Source: Bdellovibrionota bacterium (GTDB taxonomy: Bacteria > Bdellovibrionota > UBA1018 > CAUJDS01). Taken from it: 64,000 nt of DNA. Shown here piece by piece: positions 9,982 through 19,313 of this stretch. The notes under the pieces are model-generated. The model had not been told where the DNA came from. It made no database searches and saw only the letters and a program-made list of their open reading frames with translations. Each line of letters starts with the position of its first letter. The first letter of the stretch is position 1. The position numbers were made by a program, and so were the translations under genes. Location: assembly GCA_963169695.1 (NCBI GenBank), contig CAUJDS010000011.1:57001-121000 (forward strand), given 5' to 3'.

Positions 9982-10021
9982 TTAGCAATTGCGTAATTTC
10001 GCAAGTTCTTATACAATGGAG
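9982..10021 (+). promoter_or_regulatory. Putative autoregulated promoter and operator of the toxin-antitoxin pair.
   Basis: Perfect palindrome TTGCG-taattt-CGCAA (about 9989-10004) overlaps a -35-like TTGCGT. A 17-bp spacer separates it from -10 TACAAT (about 10012-10017). GGAG Shine-Dalgarno precedes the ATG at 10026. Confidence 0.5.
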
Positions 10022-10025
10022 ACCT

Positions 10026-10331
10026 ATGCCTGGACAGCGCTCCTATAAAATAGCTCCCATTACAGTGAATGGCATTAAAATCGTTCGTGTGATCATCGAC
10101 AACCATTATAGAGAAAATCATGCTGAGCATATGAATGACGAGCTGATTCTAAAGTTGGTTATAGAGCTCGATGGCAGAAAAGAATTGCCAGAAACTAAAA
10201 CTGGGCAGTATTCGTACTTCGCTACTTTAATTGAATTAGATCAGAAGCAATACCGATTGATATGGCTACTTGAAGATCACGCGCTTTATGTAGGAGTTGT
10301 GAACGCTTACAGAGATAAAAGGAGGAAGTGA
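10026..10331 (+). CDS. DUF4258-like toxin of a type II toxin-antitoxin module.
   Basis: 101 aa. HYRENHAEHMNDELILKLVIELDG ... YRLIWLLEDHALYVGVVNAYRDK matches the DUF4258 pattern (HA.ERM.ER.I...L.G ... VVITAY). AT-rich (about 38% GC) islet. Followed 3 bp later by an XRE-HTH gene. Confidence 0.55.
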   Translation: MPGQRSYKIAPITVNGIKIVRVIIDNHYRENHAEHMNDELILKLVIELDGRKELPETKTGQYSYFATLIELDQKQYRLIWLLEDHALYVGVVNAYRDKRRK

Positions 10332-10334
10332 AAA

Positions 10335-10637
10335 GTGAGATTTCCAAGTGAAAGAGAATTAAAAACTATCCGTAAAAAACTGGAGAAGGTTGAGCCCTCT
10401 CGCACGCTTCCTAAAAATGCAAGCAAGGCTGACGAATTGAAATATAAACTTTGTGAGAAATTTGTATGCTACTTGCTTGATCATAAGATGACGCAAATTC
10501 AACTGGCAAAGAAACTCAAGATTGATCCGTCTCGAGTCAATGAAATTGTGAAATATAGAATTGATCTGTATACGATCGATAAGCTGATGGATCTTGCAGA
10601 GAAGCTCCGTTTGGAATTTGAAGTTGAAGTGGCTTAA
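10335..10637 (+). CDS. XRE-family helix-turn-helix antitoxin (HigA-like position downstream of the toxin).
   Basis: 100 aa. MTQIQLAKKLKIDPSRVNEIV is a canonical XRE HTH. Tightly coupled to the upstream toxin ORF. Confidence 0.6.
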   Translation: MRFPSERELKTIRKKLEKVEPSRTLPKNASKADELKYKLCEKFVCYLLDHKMTQIQLAKKLKIDPSRVNEIVKYRIDLYTIDKLMDLAEKLRLEFEVEVA

Positions 10638-10740
10638 GATTGACCGCTATAGAGTCACCGCCTCAATATGAATGAGTAGTCGTAAAATGGAAAGACAGAC
10701 CGCCTTACGCGCCATCGGCCCGCGGCACCCCAGTATAGGC

Positions 10741-13700
10741 TCAAGGCTCCGCCCTCAGAAGACGAAACCCAATGTCGCCGTAGCGAAGCTCGGGATGATA
10801 CCAACGCCGCCGAGAAGAGCGCAGATAACGGGCGTCGTGGCGCCAACTGCCGCCCCGAATCACTCGAGTGGAGTCCGCCTGGACGGCAGCACCGATGGGA
10901 TCCATCAAGGTCTGGCCAGAGGGGATATCCCCGTGTGCGTCCTCGCACCACTCCCAGACATTGCCAGCTATGTCATAAATCCCAAAATTATTGGGCTTAA
11001 GCCCTGCGACCGGATGGGTCTTGCTGCCAGAGTTGCTCTCGAAGTACGCATACTCAGGTAGATCGGATGCGCTCTTGCCAAAGAAATACTGCGTCTTGCT
11101 TCCAGCTCTTTGGAGGTACTCACGTTCGGCCTCGGATGGAAGGCGGTAGCTCCGGCCGGTAACTTCTGAGAGCTTCACAAGGTAGGCATGAGCGTCAGTC
11201 CAGCTGACTTGCTCAACAGGTCGATTGATGCGTTCGGGGGAGAAAACAGAGACTTTTATTCCGGCAGCGTTTTTATTGAAGTGGCTTGGGTCTTGTTTCA
11301 TCAAAAGCTGATACATCCCTTGAGTGACCGAGGCCTGCGCTGCAGAAAAAGCACGGGTCAAGACCACCTGGCGCTCGCCTTCGTCTTCGGGAGACCCCAT
11401 GGTGAAGCTCTTTCTCTCCCCACGTCTGATAATGGGCTGGTACTCAAAGCTCTCGGCCTTAGCGTATTTGGCAAAGTCCTCTAGCACGCCTTGGTCTTTG
11501 GCAAGCCGCCTAAAATGCAACAAATCCGATGTCGCATGAAAGGCTTTGATGAGTGGCTCTTGCTGAGAATGTGGAACTTCTTGGAGCAATTCTCCAAAGA
11601 CATCAAACGTACCGGATCCATGAGTCGCTTTGAGGATGGGGAGCTTAAACGACACATCGACTCCAGGATCTCGGATCCACCGAGTGATGCGATTGTTGAG
11701 TGCATCGACACGAGGATGGGGTTTTGTCTTAGGGCCTTTCCTAAGGATGCTCTGATAGGCGCGTATTGCTAGGTGATTTCTGGCAAGGTCTTCATCGCGC
11801 ACAAGCCTTATTGCTAAGGCCTTGCTTGAAGGAACTTGTGAACCAAGCGCCCAGCCAAGCTGTCTAGCAATCGCCGTATCATTGACAAGCTGTCGGATAA
11901 ATCTTCGGCCCATGGGCATGACGTAGGTCTCGAATTCAGTACCTTTTGCTAGGTTTGCAAAGTGCACCATGGGAGCCATTTCTGCCGTTGCAAGGGCATG
12001 CTTGGCTGCAACCAAGAGCGCCCGAGCCTTGTCATCGCTTAAGGCCTTGGAGTCCACAATCGCTTTTGCGAGGCCTGGCATGTGCTTAGTAAAGGCCACT
12101 TCAAGCGCTTCTCGAAACCTTGGGTCTGAGTTGTGCCGAAATTCTTGAAAAATTTGTAATCCATTCGAATCCGATAGTAGCGTGCGAAGGCTATGGGCCC
12201 GCGTATGCAGGTCGTACTTCAGTAAGTCCGTAAGACTAAATCCAAGACCTACGTCTTTGAGCTTTGTATACTCTGCTACCGTAAGCCCACGGGTATCGGT
12301 GAGTTCAATGACGGGCTTTGCAGCCTCAATCTGATCGGCACTAAGGCCCAAGGATGCTTGGACTTTGATAAGCATCTCTCCATCTTTGTCCCCTTCAATG
12401 GACTGAGCACCCAAGATCGCGCGCTCGAGTGCCGGAGTACTCTTGAGATTGGTGACAGGCTGATACCTTGCATGGTCCAAAGTGGTGACCACAATAGCTT
12501 GTTTCCCATCTTCTCCCGCAAGGATCCTCTCATCGTGTTGGAGTCTTACGAGATAGCCATTCTCAAGGTATTCTGCTTTGACATAGTTATGAGCATCTGG
12601 CTGATGGTCCGCCATGTACTGATCCAAGGCCTTCCAGCCCTGGGGAAGTGTGAAGCGAGCTTTCTCTTTGGCCCCTTCCATCAATCCCTCCTTGGCGGCT
12701 GGAGTGTTGTAGAGGTTGCTGTGCTTTTTGAGATCTGCCACCGCCACCTCTTGCACTCCGTAATCGTGTGCCACGAGCCTTCGCACCATTTCGACATCGG
12801 ATTTTTCTAACGTAGGGCCTTGGATCGAAATGACGTACGGAACGGATCTTCCACTTTCTTCCGCAAGAAAACTCAGAGCGTACCCGTCAGGTCTGGAGTT
12901 GGGGTTATCACCGAGACGGATGTAGTGTTTTTTGACTCGCTTAAGCAGCGACCAAAAAGGACCATTTTGAATCGAGCAATCATCCCCATAACACCCTGTC
13001 ACCATCCCCACGAGCGCCGGAAGCGTCTCAATCGATAGTGCTTGCACGGTTGGTGCAGGACCAGGGTCACCGGGAGGGCGAGGGATTTTTCTCATCGCTG
13101 CTTGGAAGTCTTTTTCGATCATCTGCTTGCGGATCCGTCCTAGCTGACGAGGCACTTCTCCTAGTCCTACCGACCTTCCTCCTTCTTTGGCTTCTACGGC
13201 AGCATTCACTAACGAGTCCAAATGATCCCCAAAGAAGTCTCCATAGAAGTTCTCAAGTTTTTCTGGAGTGCTAGCTAGGATGGCTCCTTCGATTTGAGGT
13301 AAATCATTTGAGAGATTCTTAAACTTCGCTTTGCCATCACCATCAAATAAATACGGCGCAACCTTAAGCAATCGATCCACCTGGGCCTGAAAACCCTTTG
13401 CATCGTGCAAGCCTTGCCCATTGACGGCTTGAGCTTTGAGCTGCTTAAGTGCTCCCAGAAAACTTCCCGGCTCGCCATGAAGAAGGATCGCCCTAAGATC
13501 TTCCACACGGGCTTGCTTGAATGCTTGGATCGCACCCACATTGTAAATCTTGCTATCTGCTGATTTCAGGTACCTAAGGCTTGTGATCCTAGGTCCATGG
13601 ATCTGAAGGCCCGCAAAGTCCTCTCCCAATACCTTCTTCAAACCCGGAACATGCGAGTACAACTCCAAGAGACTTCTGCGGTACTGAAGGTTGGCAGTCA

Positions 13701-13881
13701 CTTGATCCGGGTGCTCATTCAATAGACTTAGGATAAAACTCAGCTGCTCTTCCGTCGTATCTACCTTCGCCGTCCATGCTTTCTGCAGGCAATCGCGCAC
13801 GCTTCCCCACGCCGGCGCAACTGCACAACACGTCAAAACCAGCGCTGAAATCAGCAACCTAACCCTCACCGCACACTCCAT
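10741..13881 (-). CDS. Large secreted protein with a C-terminal formylglycine-generating enzyme (FGE/SUMF1, DUF323) domain. The N-terminal ~850 aa have no recognisable domain.
   Basis: The C-terminal ~200 aa carry the FGE-sulfatase signature (SWTDAHAYLVKL..., GNVWEWCEDAH, RVIRGGSWRHDARYLRSSRR, GFRL). The likely start is the ATG at 13881 (MECAVRVRLLISALVLTCCAVAPAWG signal peptide), not the track start at 14031. Confidence 0.65.
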   Translation of the reverse strand: MECAVRVRLLISALVLTCCAVAPAWGSVRDCLQKAWTAKVDTTEEQLSFILSLLNEHPDQVTANLQYRRSLLELYSHVPGLKKVLGEDFAGLQIHGPRITSLRYLKSADSKIYNVGAIQAFKQARVEDLRAILLHGEPGSFLGALKQLKAQAVNGQGLHDAKGFQAQVDRLLKVAPYLFDGDGKAKFKNLSNDLPQIEGAILASTPEKLENFYGDFFGDHLDSLVNAAVEAKEGGRSVGLGEVPRQLGRIRKQMIEKDFQAAMRKIPRPPGDPGPAPTVQALSIETLPALVGMVTGCYGDDCSIQNGPFWSLLKRVKKHYIRLGDNPNSRPDGYALSFLAEESGRSVPYVISIQGPTLEKSDVEMVRRLVAHDYGVQEVAVADLKKHSNLYNTPAAKEGLMEGAKEKARFTLPQGWKALDQYMADHQPDAHNYVKAEYLENGYLVRLQHDERILAGEDGKQAIVVTTLDHARYQPVTNLKSTPALERAILGAQSIEGDKDGEMLIKVQASLGLSADQIEAAKPVIELTDTRGLTVAEYTKLKDVGLGFSLTDLLKYDLHTRAHSLRTLLSDSNGLQIFQEFRHNSDPRFREALEVAFTKHMPGLAKAIVDSKALSDDKARALLVAAKHALATAEMAPMVHFANLAKGTEFETYVMPMGRRFIRQLVNDTAIARQLGWALGSQVPSSKALAIRLVRDEDLARNHLAIRAYQSILRKGPKTKPHPRVDALNNRITRWIRDPGVDVSFKLPILKATHGSGTFDVFGELLQEVPHSQQEPLIKAFHATSDLLHFRRLAKDQGVLEDFAKYAKAESFEYQPIIRRGERKSFTMGSPEDEGERQVVLTRAFSAAQASVTQGMYQLLMKQDPSHFNKNAAGIKVSVFSPERINRPVEQVSWTDAHAYLVKLSEVTGRSYRLPSEAEREYLQRAGSKTQYFFGKSASDLPEYAYFESNSGSKTHPVAGLKPNNFGIYDIAGNVWEWCEDAHGDIPSGQTLMDPIGAAVQADSTRVIRGGSWRHDARYLRSSRRRWYHPELRYGDIGFRLLRAEP

Positions 13882-14059
13882 CGCTCTCCTGTCGGCATGA
13901 CAAAGGACATATTTTATGCACACACCCGAATCACCTCGAATTTTACTTCCTAGGGATTCTGAGCGCCATCCGACGTGGTCTTTGTAAACCTTTGACGGCG
14001 CAGATTCAAAGCAATGGTCTCCAAAAAGCACTTTGAGTCATTTTTTTGACTCTCCTACC

Positions 14060-15547
14060 TTAGAATATCCGATCTACAAAAATTCCATGAAACGTATAGG
14101 GAATAGGATAGTCGAAATGCAACCTGCACATCGGCTTAAGCTCGTCACCCCAGGCATCAAGCACCTGAAGGTAGGATCGATCGCGATGCGAATCATAGAC
14201 CATTGAAAGCAAATAGCCGTCATCTTCCGCTCGAGGCCGAGCACGAGGAACAAAGATCGCTTCTGTGGTCGTATGGCCTTTGTCACAATCCCATCGCTGA
14301 GCATTTCCGGTCGGGACATGAACCTTAAAAAGGGCGCTATAAAAATCACAGGCGTCCTTGACGTCCTCCCGAAATCCAGCGAAGTAGGTCCACTCATAAT
14401 GCGTATTCACTGCAGCAGGCGCAATCGTTGGAAATTCTCCGTGAAGCTCCAACCTTTTATGATTGCGAATGGATTTGCTATCCGTCTCAATCTCCATTCG
14501 ATACACACTCTGATCTTGCCCATTCGGCGTAAGGACTCCACTCATCACCGAGCGAATCCACTCCATCCCTATGGCCGAAGTGGAGGCCATATAATCCACA
14601 ACAATCTTATTTTCACTCCGAAAGGCATTGACCACATGGACTGCCAAAAGTCCTTCGATCTTTTTTCTCCACGCTTGTGTCACATCATCCAGCGGAACCA
14701 CGATCACTTCACAACCTTTCTCAGGTGAGAATCGAAGCGAAGCATCAAAAGACTCGCCTTTCACGATGACATTGAACGGATTAGAAAAAATGGGAGAACA
14801 AATAAATACGATCGCATCGTCCACTACGGCAAAGTCATGAACAAACGCTGATGCGTTGTACCTCACCGCCCCTAAGTACCGCGCCGGACCTTCGTCAGGT
14901 AGGCAATACAAATCCAACGATGGAATCGGAAGCGGTCGAAATCCAAATGCATAATGCGCCCGTCTCGTCGGTACATATTTAGGATGAGCAGTGAAGGAAT
15001 ACCGCACAACCCCACCCAAGTCCGTAGGTCCAAGTGTCTCGAGAGTCTTAGGATCAATCTCAGTTGGATGACTTGCTTCGTAGAGTGCAAAGAGTCGGTG
15101 CTGCCACTCAAAAAGCGCCGTATTGGCAAGGTTGGCACCTGCACGTGAATCCCACATTGAGCGAATTCGAGTGGTAATTTTGGGTGCAGCTGCTCCGAAC
15201 CGAGCCAAGATGGGATGTCCCGCTTGATGTTCTTGATCTAACCCGCAATCTACCAGCCGACACGCACCCCAAGCCCCGCTTTCATTGATTCGGACGGCGG
15301 CGATTAAACCTTCTCCGTCAAACCAATGTGCATGCCTTTTGCCAAACGACTCGAAGGTCCCTGGCCCTACGCGATAAAGGCAACCTTGAAGATCTCGAGG
15401 TAGAATGCCCTCTACCCTTAGGGGTTCGAATTCATGTGCTCGGTCTGGCGTTTTTAGACTTCTAAATCCTGTAAACTTGGCGCTCGACGGCTGCTCCATG
15501 GTGTTCTCCCAGGAGGGAGTGTGACTTGATTGAACCCGATTGACCAT
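14060..15547 (-). CDS. Carotenoid cleavage oxygenase family protein (RPE65/lignostilbene dioxygenase-like).
   Basis: 495 aa. N-terminal FEPLRVEGILPRDLQGCLYRVGPG...HWFDGEGL motif typical of carotenoid oxygenases. Conserved His-containing beta-propeller blades. Confidence 0.7.
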   Translation of the reverse strand: MVNRVQSSHTPSWENTMEQPSSAKFTGFRSLKTPDRAHEFEPLRVEGILPRDLQGCLYRVGPGTFESFGKRHAHWFDGEGLIAAVRINESGAWGACRLVDCGLDQEHQAGHPILARFGAAAPKITTRIRSMWDSRAGANLANTALFEWQHRLFALYEASHPTEIDPKTLETLGPTDLGGVVRYSFTAHPKYVPTRRAHYAFGFRPLPIPSLDLYCLPDEGPARYLGAVRYNASAFVHDFAVVDDAIVFICSPIFSNPFNVIVKGESFDASLRFSPEKGCEVIVVPLDDVTQAWRKKIEGLLAVHVVNAFRSENKIVVDYMASTSAIGMEWIRSVMSGVLTPNGQDQSVYRMEIETDSKSIRNHKRLELHGEFPTIAPAAVNTHYEWTYFAGFREDVKDACDFYSALFKVHVPTGNAQRWDCDKGHTTTEAIFVPRARPRAEDDGYLLSMVYDSHRDRSYLQVLDAWGDELKPMCRLHFDYPIPYTFHGIFVDRIF

Positions 15548-15559
15548 GGGTAATCTAGG

Positions 15560-15907
15560 CTAGGATCGATGCGGCTTGAGCTCAAAGGTATTTTCAATTG
15601 CAACGACTTCGTAGATCACGCCTTCATATGGATGAGCATCCAAAAGTGCTTTCACTGCCGCATCCACGACATGCTCTGGGCAATAGATCTCCACACGATA
15701 TTCTGCAACTTTTTCGAAAGCGCCTACCTGGCCGATAAAAGGATTGGCCCCAACCATCGGCTGAAACTGACCTTCGCCAAGGACCTGCCAGCACTGTCGC
15801 TCGTAATGGATGAAGCTTCCGGCGCCGGTAGCGAAGACAGCATCTTTGACTGCTTCGAGGTGCGCGACGGGAACGTAAAACGCCAATTTTTTAAATCTCA
15901 TCGCCAA
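15560..15907 (-). CDS. Standalone PII-like domain protein homologous to the insert domain of NIF3/YqfO proteins.
   Basis: 115 aa. FYVPVAHLEAVKDAVFATGAGSFIHYERQCWQVLGEGQF.P.VGANPFIGQVGAFEKVAEYRVEIYCPEHVVDAAVKALLDAHPYEGVIYEVVAIEN aligns with the YqfO central insert. No flanking NIF3 core domains. Confidence 0.6.
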   Translation of the reverse strand: MAMRFKKLAFYVPVAHLEAVKDAVFATGAGSFIHYERQCWQVLGEGQFQPMVGANPFIGQVGAFEKVAEYRVEIYCPEHVVDAAVKALLDAHPYEGVIYEVVAIENTFELKPHRS

Positions 15908-15928
15908 CTCTCCTCTTCGGTGTGAAAA

Positions 15929-17608
15929 CTAAGCAAGCTTCTTGTATCGCACGCGCTTAGGCTCCAATGCTTCGGCACCGAGTCGGCGCTTCTTGTCTTC
16001 CTCATAGTCATGGAATCCACCTTCCACCATGACGACTCGGCTCTCACCTTCAAAGGCCATGACATGGGTGCAGATACGATCTAAGAACCAGCGATCATGG
16101 CTAATCACCAATGCGCACCCACCAAAGTTCTCCAAGGCCTCTTCGAGTGCACGCATCGTATTGACATCAAGGTCGTTGGTCGGCTCATCCAGCAAAATGA
16201 CATTGGCTCCGGACTTAAGGACCTTGGCCAGGTGAACGCGATTGCGTTCTCCACCCGAAAGGTTCTTCACTTGCTTCTGCTGATCCGATCCTGAAAAATT
16301 AAATCGTGCGCAATAGGATCGCGAACTCACTTCGCGATTGCCCAGCAAGATAGTTTCGTTCTTACCATCGGAGATTTCTTCCCAAACGGTATTTTCGCCA
16401 TTGAGCACATCACGTGACTGATCGACATAAGCGAGCTTGACACTGTCTCCAACACGGATCGTGCCTCGGTCCGGCTTCTCTTGTCCCGTGATCATACGGA
16501 AGAGTGTGGTCTTACCTGCACCGTTTCCTCCAATGATTCCGACAATGCTCCCTGCAGGAATATTGAAATTGAAATTCTCAAAAAGAACTTTGTCGCCATA
16601 TCCCTTGAAAAGCTCATTGCCTTCAATAACCAACTGGCCCAAACGTGGCCCAGCGGGAATAAAGATTTCCATTTCTTCACTGCGATTGGCAGTGTCTTGG
16701 CTCAGTAGTTTTTCGTAAGCACTGACGCGCGCCTTGCTCTTGGCTTGACGAGCCTTGGGTGACATTCGGATCCACTCCAACTCTCGAGCCAAAGTCTTCT
16801 GTCGCTTCGAAGCGTGCTTTTCTTCTAGCTCCATTCGCTTTTCTTTTTGCTCAAGCCACGAGCTGTAATTGCCCTTCCACGGAATTCCTTCACCGCGATC
16901 CAATTCCAAAATCCACTGCGCGCTATTATCAAGAAAGTAGCGATCGTGAGTCACTGCTACCACGGTGCCTTCATACTCTTGCAAGAACCGCTCAAGCCAA
17001 TTAACCGACTCAGCATCCAAATGGTTGGTAGGCTCGTCCAATAAAAGCAAATGCGGCTTCTGAAGCAAAAGACGGCAAAGTGCAACGCGGCGACGTTCTC
17101 CACCAGAAAGCGTCTTGATCTTGGCTTCACTAGGAGGCAGTCGCAGAGCTTCGGCGGCCTGTTCTATCTGGCGATCAATCTCCCAGCCATTGGCGTGGTC
17201 GATTTTTTCTTGAAGCTTGCCTTGTTCTTCGAGGAGCTTTTCCATCTTGTCGGGGTCGAGGTCTGGATCCGCAAACGCTTCACTGATTTCTTGGAAGCGA
17301 GCCAAGTGCCGAACAATGTCTCCCATCCCTTCCATGACGGCATCGCGGACGGCTTGGTCTTCTTTAAACTGAGGCTCCTGTGGGAGGAATCCGACTGTAA
17401 AACCTTCTGTAAGATGGGCCTCGCCATTAAAGTTCTTTTCGACGCCAGCCATGATCTTAAGCAGCGTCGACTTACCAGAACCATTGAGACCCAATACTCC
17501 GATTTTGGCACCGTAGTAATAAGAGAGCGACACGTCCTTCAGGACGGCCTTATTGGGTGGATAGAGCTTGCTCACCTTTGACATCGAGAAAATGAATTTT
17601 TCAGCCAT
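15929..17608 (-). CDS. ettA: ABC-F ATPase, energy-dependent translational throttle EttA.
   Basis: MAEKFIFSMSKVSKLYPPNKAVLKDVSLSYYYGAKIGVLGLNGSGKSTLL parallels E. coli EttA. Two ABC cassettes with a linker. The true start is the ATG at 17608 (residue M30 of the track ORF). Confidence 0.88.
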   Translation of the reverse strand: MAEKFIFSMSKVSKLYPPNKAVLKDVSLSYYYGAKIGVLGLNGSGKSTLLKIMAGVEKNFNGEAHLTEGFTVGFLPQEPQFKEDQAVRDAVMEGMGDIVRHLARFQEISEAFADPDLDPDKMEKLLEEQGKLQEKIDHANGWEIDRQIEQAAEALRLPPSEAKIKTLSGGERRRVALCRLLLQKPHLLLLDEPTNHLDAESVNWLERFLQEYEGTVVAVTHDRYFLDNSAQWILELDRGEGIPWKGNYSSWLEQKEKRMELEEKHASKRQKTLARELEWIRMSPKARQAKSKARVSAYEKLLSQDTANRSEEMEIFIPAGPRLGQLVIEGNELFKGYGDKVLFENFNFNIPAGSIVGIIGGNGAGKTTLFRMITGQEKPDRGTIRVGDSVKLAYVDQSRDVLNGENTVWEEISDGKNETILLGNREVSSRSYCARFNFSGSDQQKQVKNLSGGERNRVHLAKVLKSGANVILLDEPTNDLDVNTMRALEEALENFGGCALVISHDRWFLDRICTHVMAFEGESRVVMVEGGFHDYEEDKKRRLGAEALEPKRVRYKKLA

Positions 17609-17717
17609 GTCGGGGATATAGCACATTATTTTGAGCCGGCACCACTGAGAACTGACTTCGAATTTGCGCCGCAGGCCGGACCCTTGACAAATCACTTCTA
17701 TAAGCTAATCAGAGCTC

Positions 17718-19181
17718 ATGAAAACTTCGCTTCGATGGCTCGCCTTGGCAGTGACTGTTTCTTCTATCTCCCTTCCCTTCACCCCTTTTCGAAGCCAAGC
17801 CTTTGCACAATCGCCTCCCGCTGCGCATCGAGACCAGGCTTCTCGATTGCTGGAGCGGCTCTTACAACAAAGTGATCCAACTGCCATGGAGCAAATCATT
17901 CGGAGTCAAAAGCTTCAGGCAGTATTGGACCTTGCCTGGACGAGGTACCATGAAGAAGGAAGCACAAAGTATATAGACTACTACCGGACTCTGCGTGCCT
18001 ACCTTGCTTATGAAAATAGCTCAGCTCCTGCGCTCGCACTCTTGGGTAGTGAATCCGATAGGCTCCTCACCGTGGTCCAAGAATGGGATATTCTCTTTGT
18101 AGCAGGAGACCTTTATTTTAGGATCTTACGAGCCGCGCCGGGCCTTACCCCCCAGGAGCGCACTGATCGATGGAAGAAATTGGTCGAAGCCGTTGCGAAG
18201 AATCCCTTCTACCGAAGCAATGTTAATCGCGAATTCGATCAGGAGCCCGTTTGGATCAGGGACTGGGACTACGCTAAAATCCTTGCTGATTCTGATATTT
18301 ATCCTTTCATCCTAGCGAATCAAGGAAGCGACGAACCATCTTGGCTCACGATGAGGCGATTAATCGAGCATCAAAATCTTACCAATCCTGAGCTTTTTCC
18401 CGCTTTTCTGCACCTCTTTGTCAGATACACCCTAAACTCCACCTGGAGCCGCTTCAATCCTCCTCCCACTGAACAGAGTCAAGCTGCACTCAAACTCGTC
18501 TCGGAAGCTGTCACTGGAATCGGACTCCTTCCAGTTGCAGACGCAGTGAAATCCCGCGCGCTTGAGGTTCTGATGCGATCGGAGGTCATGGCGCGAGTCC
18601 ACGATCACCTGGCAATATTGGCTCACAAGAAATTTTCAGATTACCCTCTCGAGACCAATGAAGGGCCCTTTGTCCTGCGTGGACTCGATATGATCTCAGC
18701 GATGAACCAAGAGGTGCTTCGTACGGGGCAAGCCCAACTCACCCCACTACTAGTCCTTGATTACCTGCCACTTATGACCCATTTGTATGGAGATGTGGAT
18801 TGGGATTTTGAATTCCTGGATAGGGATAAAGTGAAGGCAATTTTGGATACCGCAAATTCCCTTCTCCCCGTCGAAGTATCGGAGTCAAGAACCTTTATGG
18901 ACAAAGCCACTTCCGCTGAAGCCCTTTTTCCACAGCCGACGGAGTCCCTTCTTGTAAGCTGGAAGGAAATCCTTCGAGGAAATATGCGACATTACCCTAT
19001 CAATAAAAGCATCGGGCATTCAGAGGGAATAAGGCATCCGTACCTGAACGAAGGCAAGTATGGTTATGGGTTGGCCAATCTTTCTTCGATTGGGCAATAC
19101 TCCGAAGACAAAGAAATCCGAATCGTGGCAAATGCTGTTGCCAATAATCTGAGGGGCTGGGTTACTTCCCTGATTCGGTGA
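17718..19181 (+). CDS. Secreted hypothetical protein (487 aa).
   Basis: Signal peptide MKTSLRWLALAVTVSSISLPF...AFAQ. No recognisable domain. Confidence 0.5.
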   Translation: MKTSLRWLALAVTVSSISLPFTPFRSQAFAQSPPAAHRDQASRLLERLLQQSDPTAMEQIIRSQKLQAVLDLAWTRYHEEGSTKYIDYYRTLRAYLAYENSSAPALALLGSESDRLLTVVQEWDILFVAGDLYFRILRAAPGLTPQERTDRWKKLVEAVAKNPFYRSNVNREFDQEPVWIRDWDYAKILADSDIYPFILANQGSDEPSWLTMRRLIEHQNLTNPELFPAFLHLFVRYTLNSTWSRFNPPPTEQSQAALKLVSEAVTGIGLLPVADAVKSRALEVLMRSEVMARVHDHLAILAHKKFSDYPLETNEGPFVLRGLDMISAMNQEVLRTGQAQLTPLLVLDYLPLMTHLYGDVDWDFEFLDRDKVKAILDTANSLLPVEVSESRTFMDKATSAEALFPQPTESLLVSWKEILRGNMRHYPINKSIGHSEGIRHPYLNEGKYGYGLANLSSIGQYSEDKEIRIVANAVANNLRGWVTSLIR

Positions 19182-19313
19182 GAAGGTACGGACTTACTTT
19201 TGGGACTCAATGCATTATTTTGACGCACAGGGTCTCAAAAGCAAGCGCGCGCCTTATCTAAAAAATCACATATTGTACTAAAGTCTTTTGATCAGATATC
19301 GATAAGTCATTGA

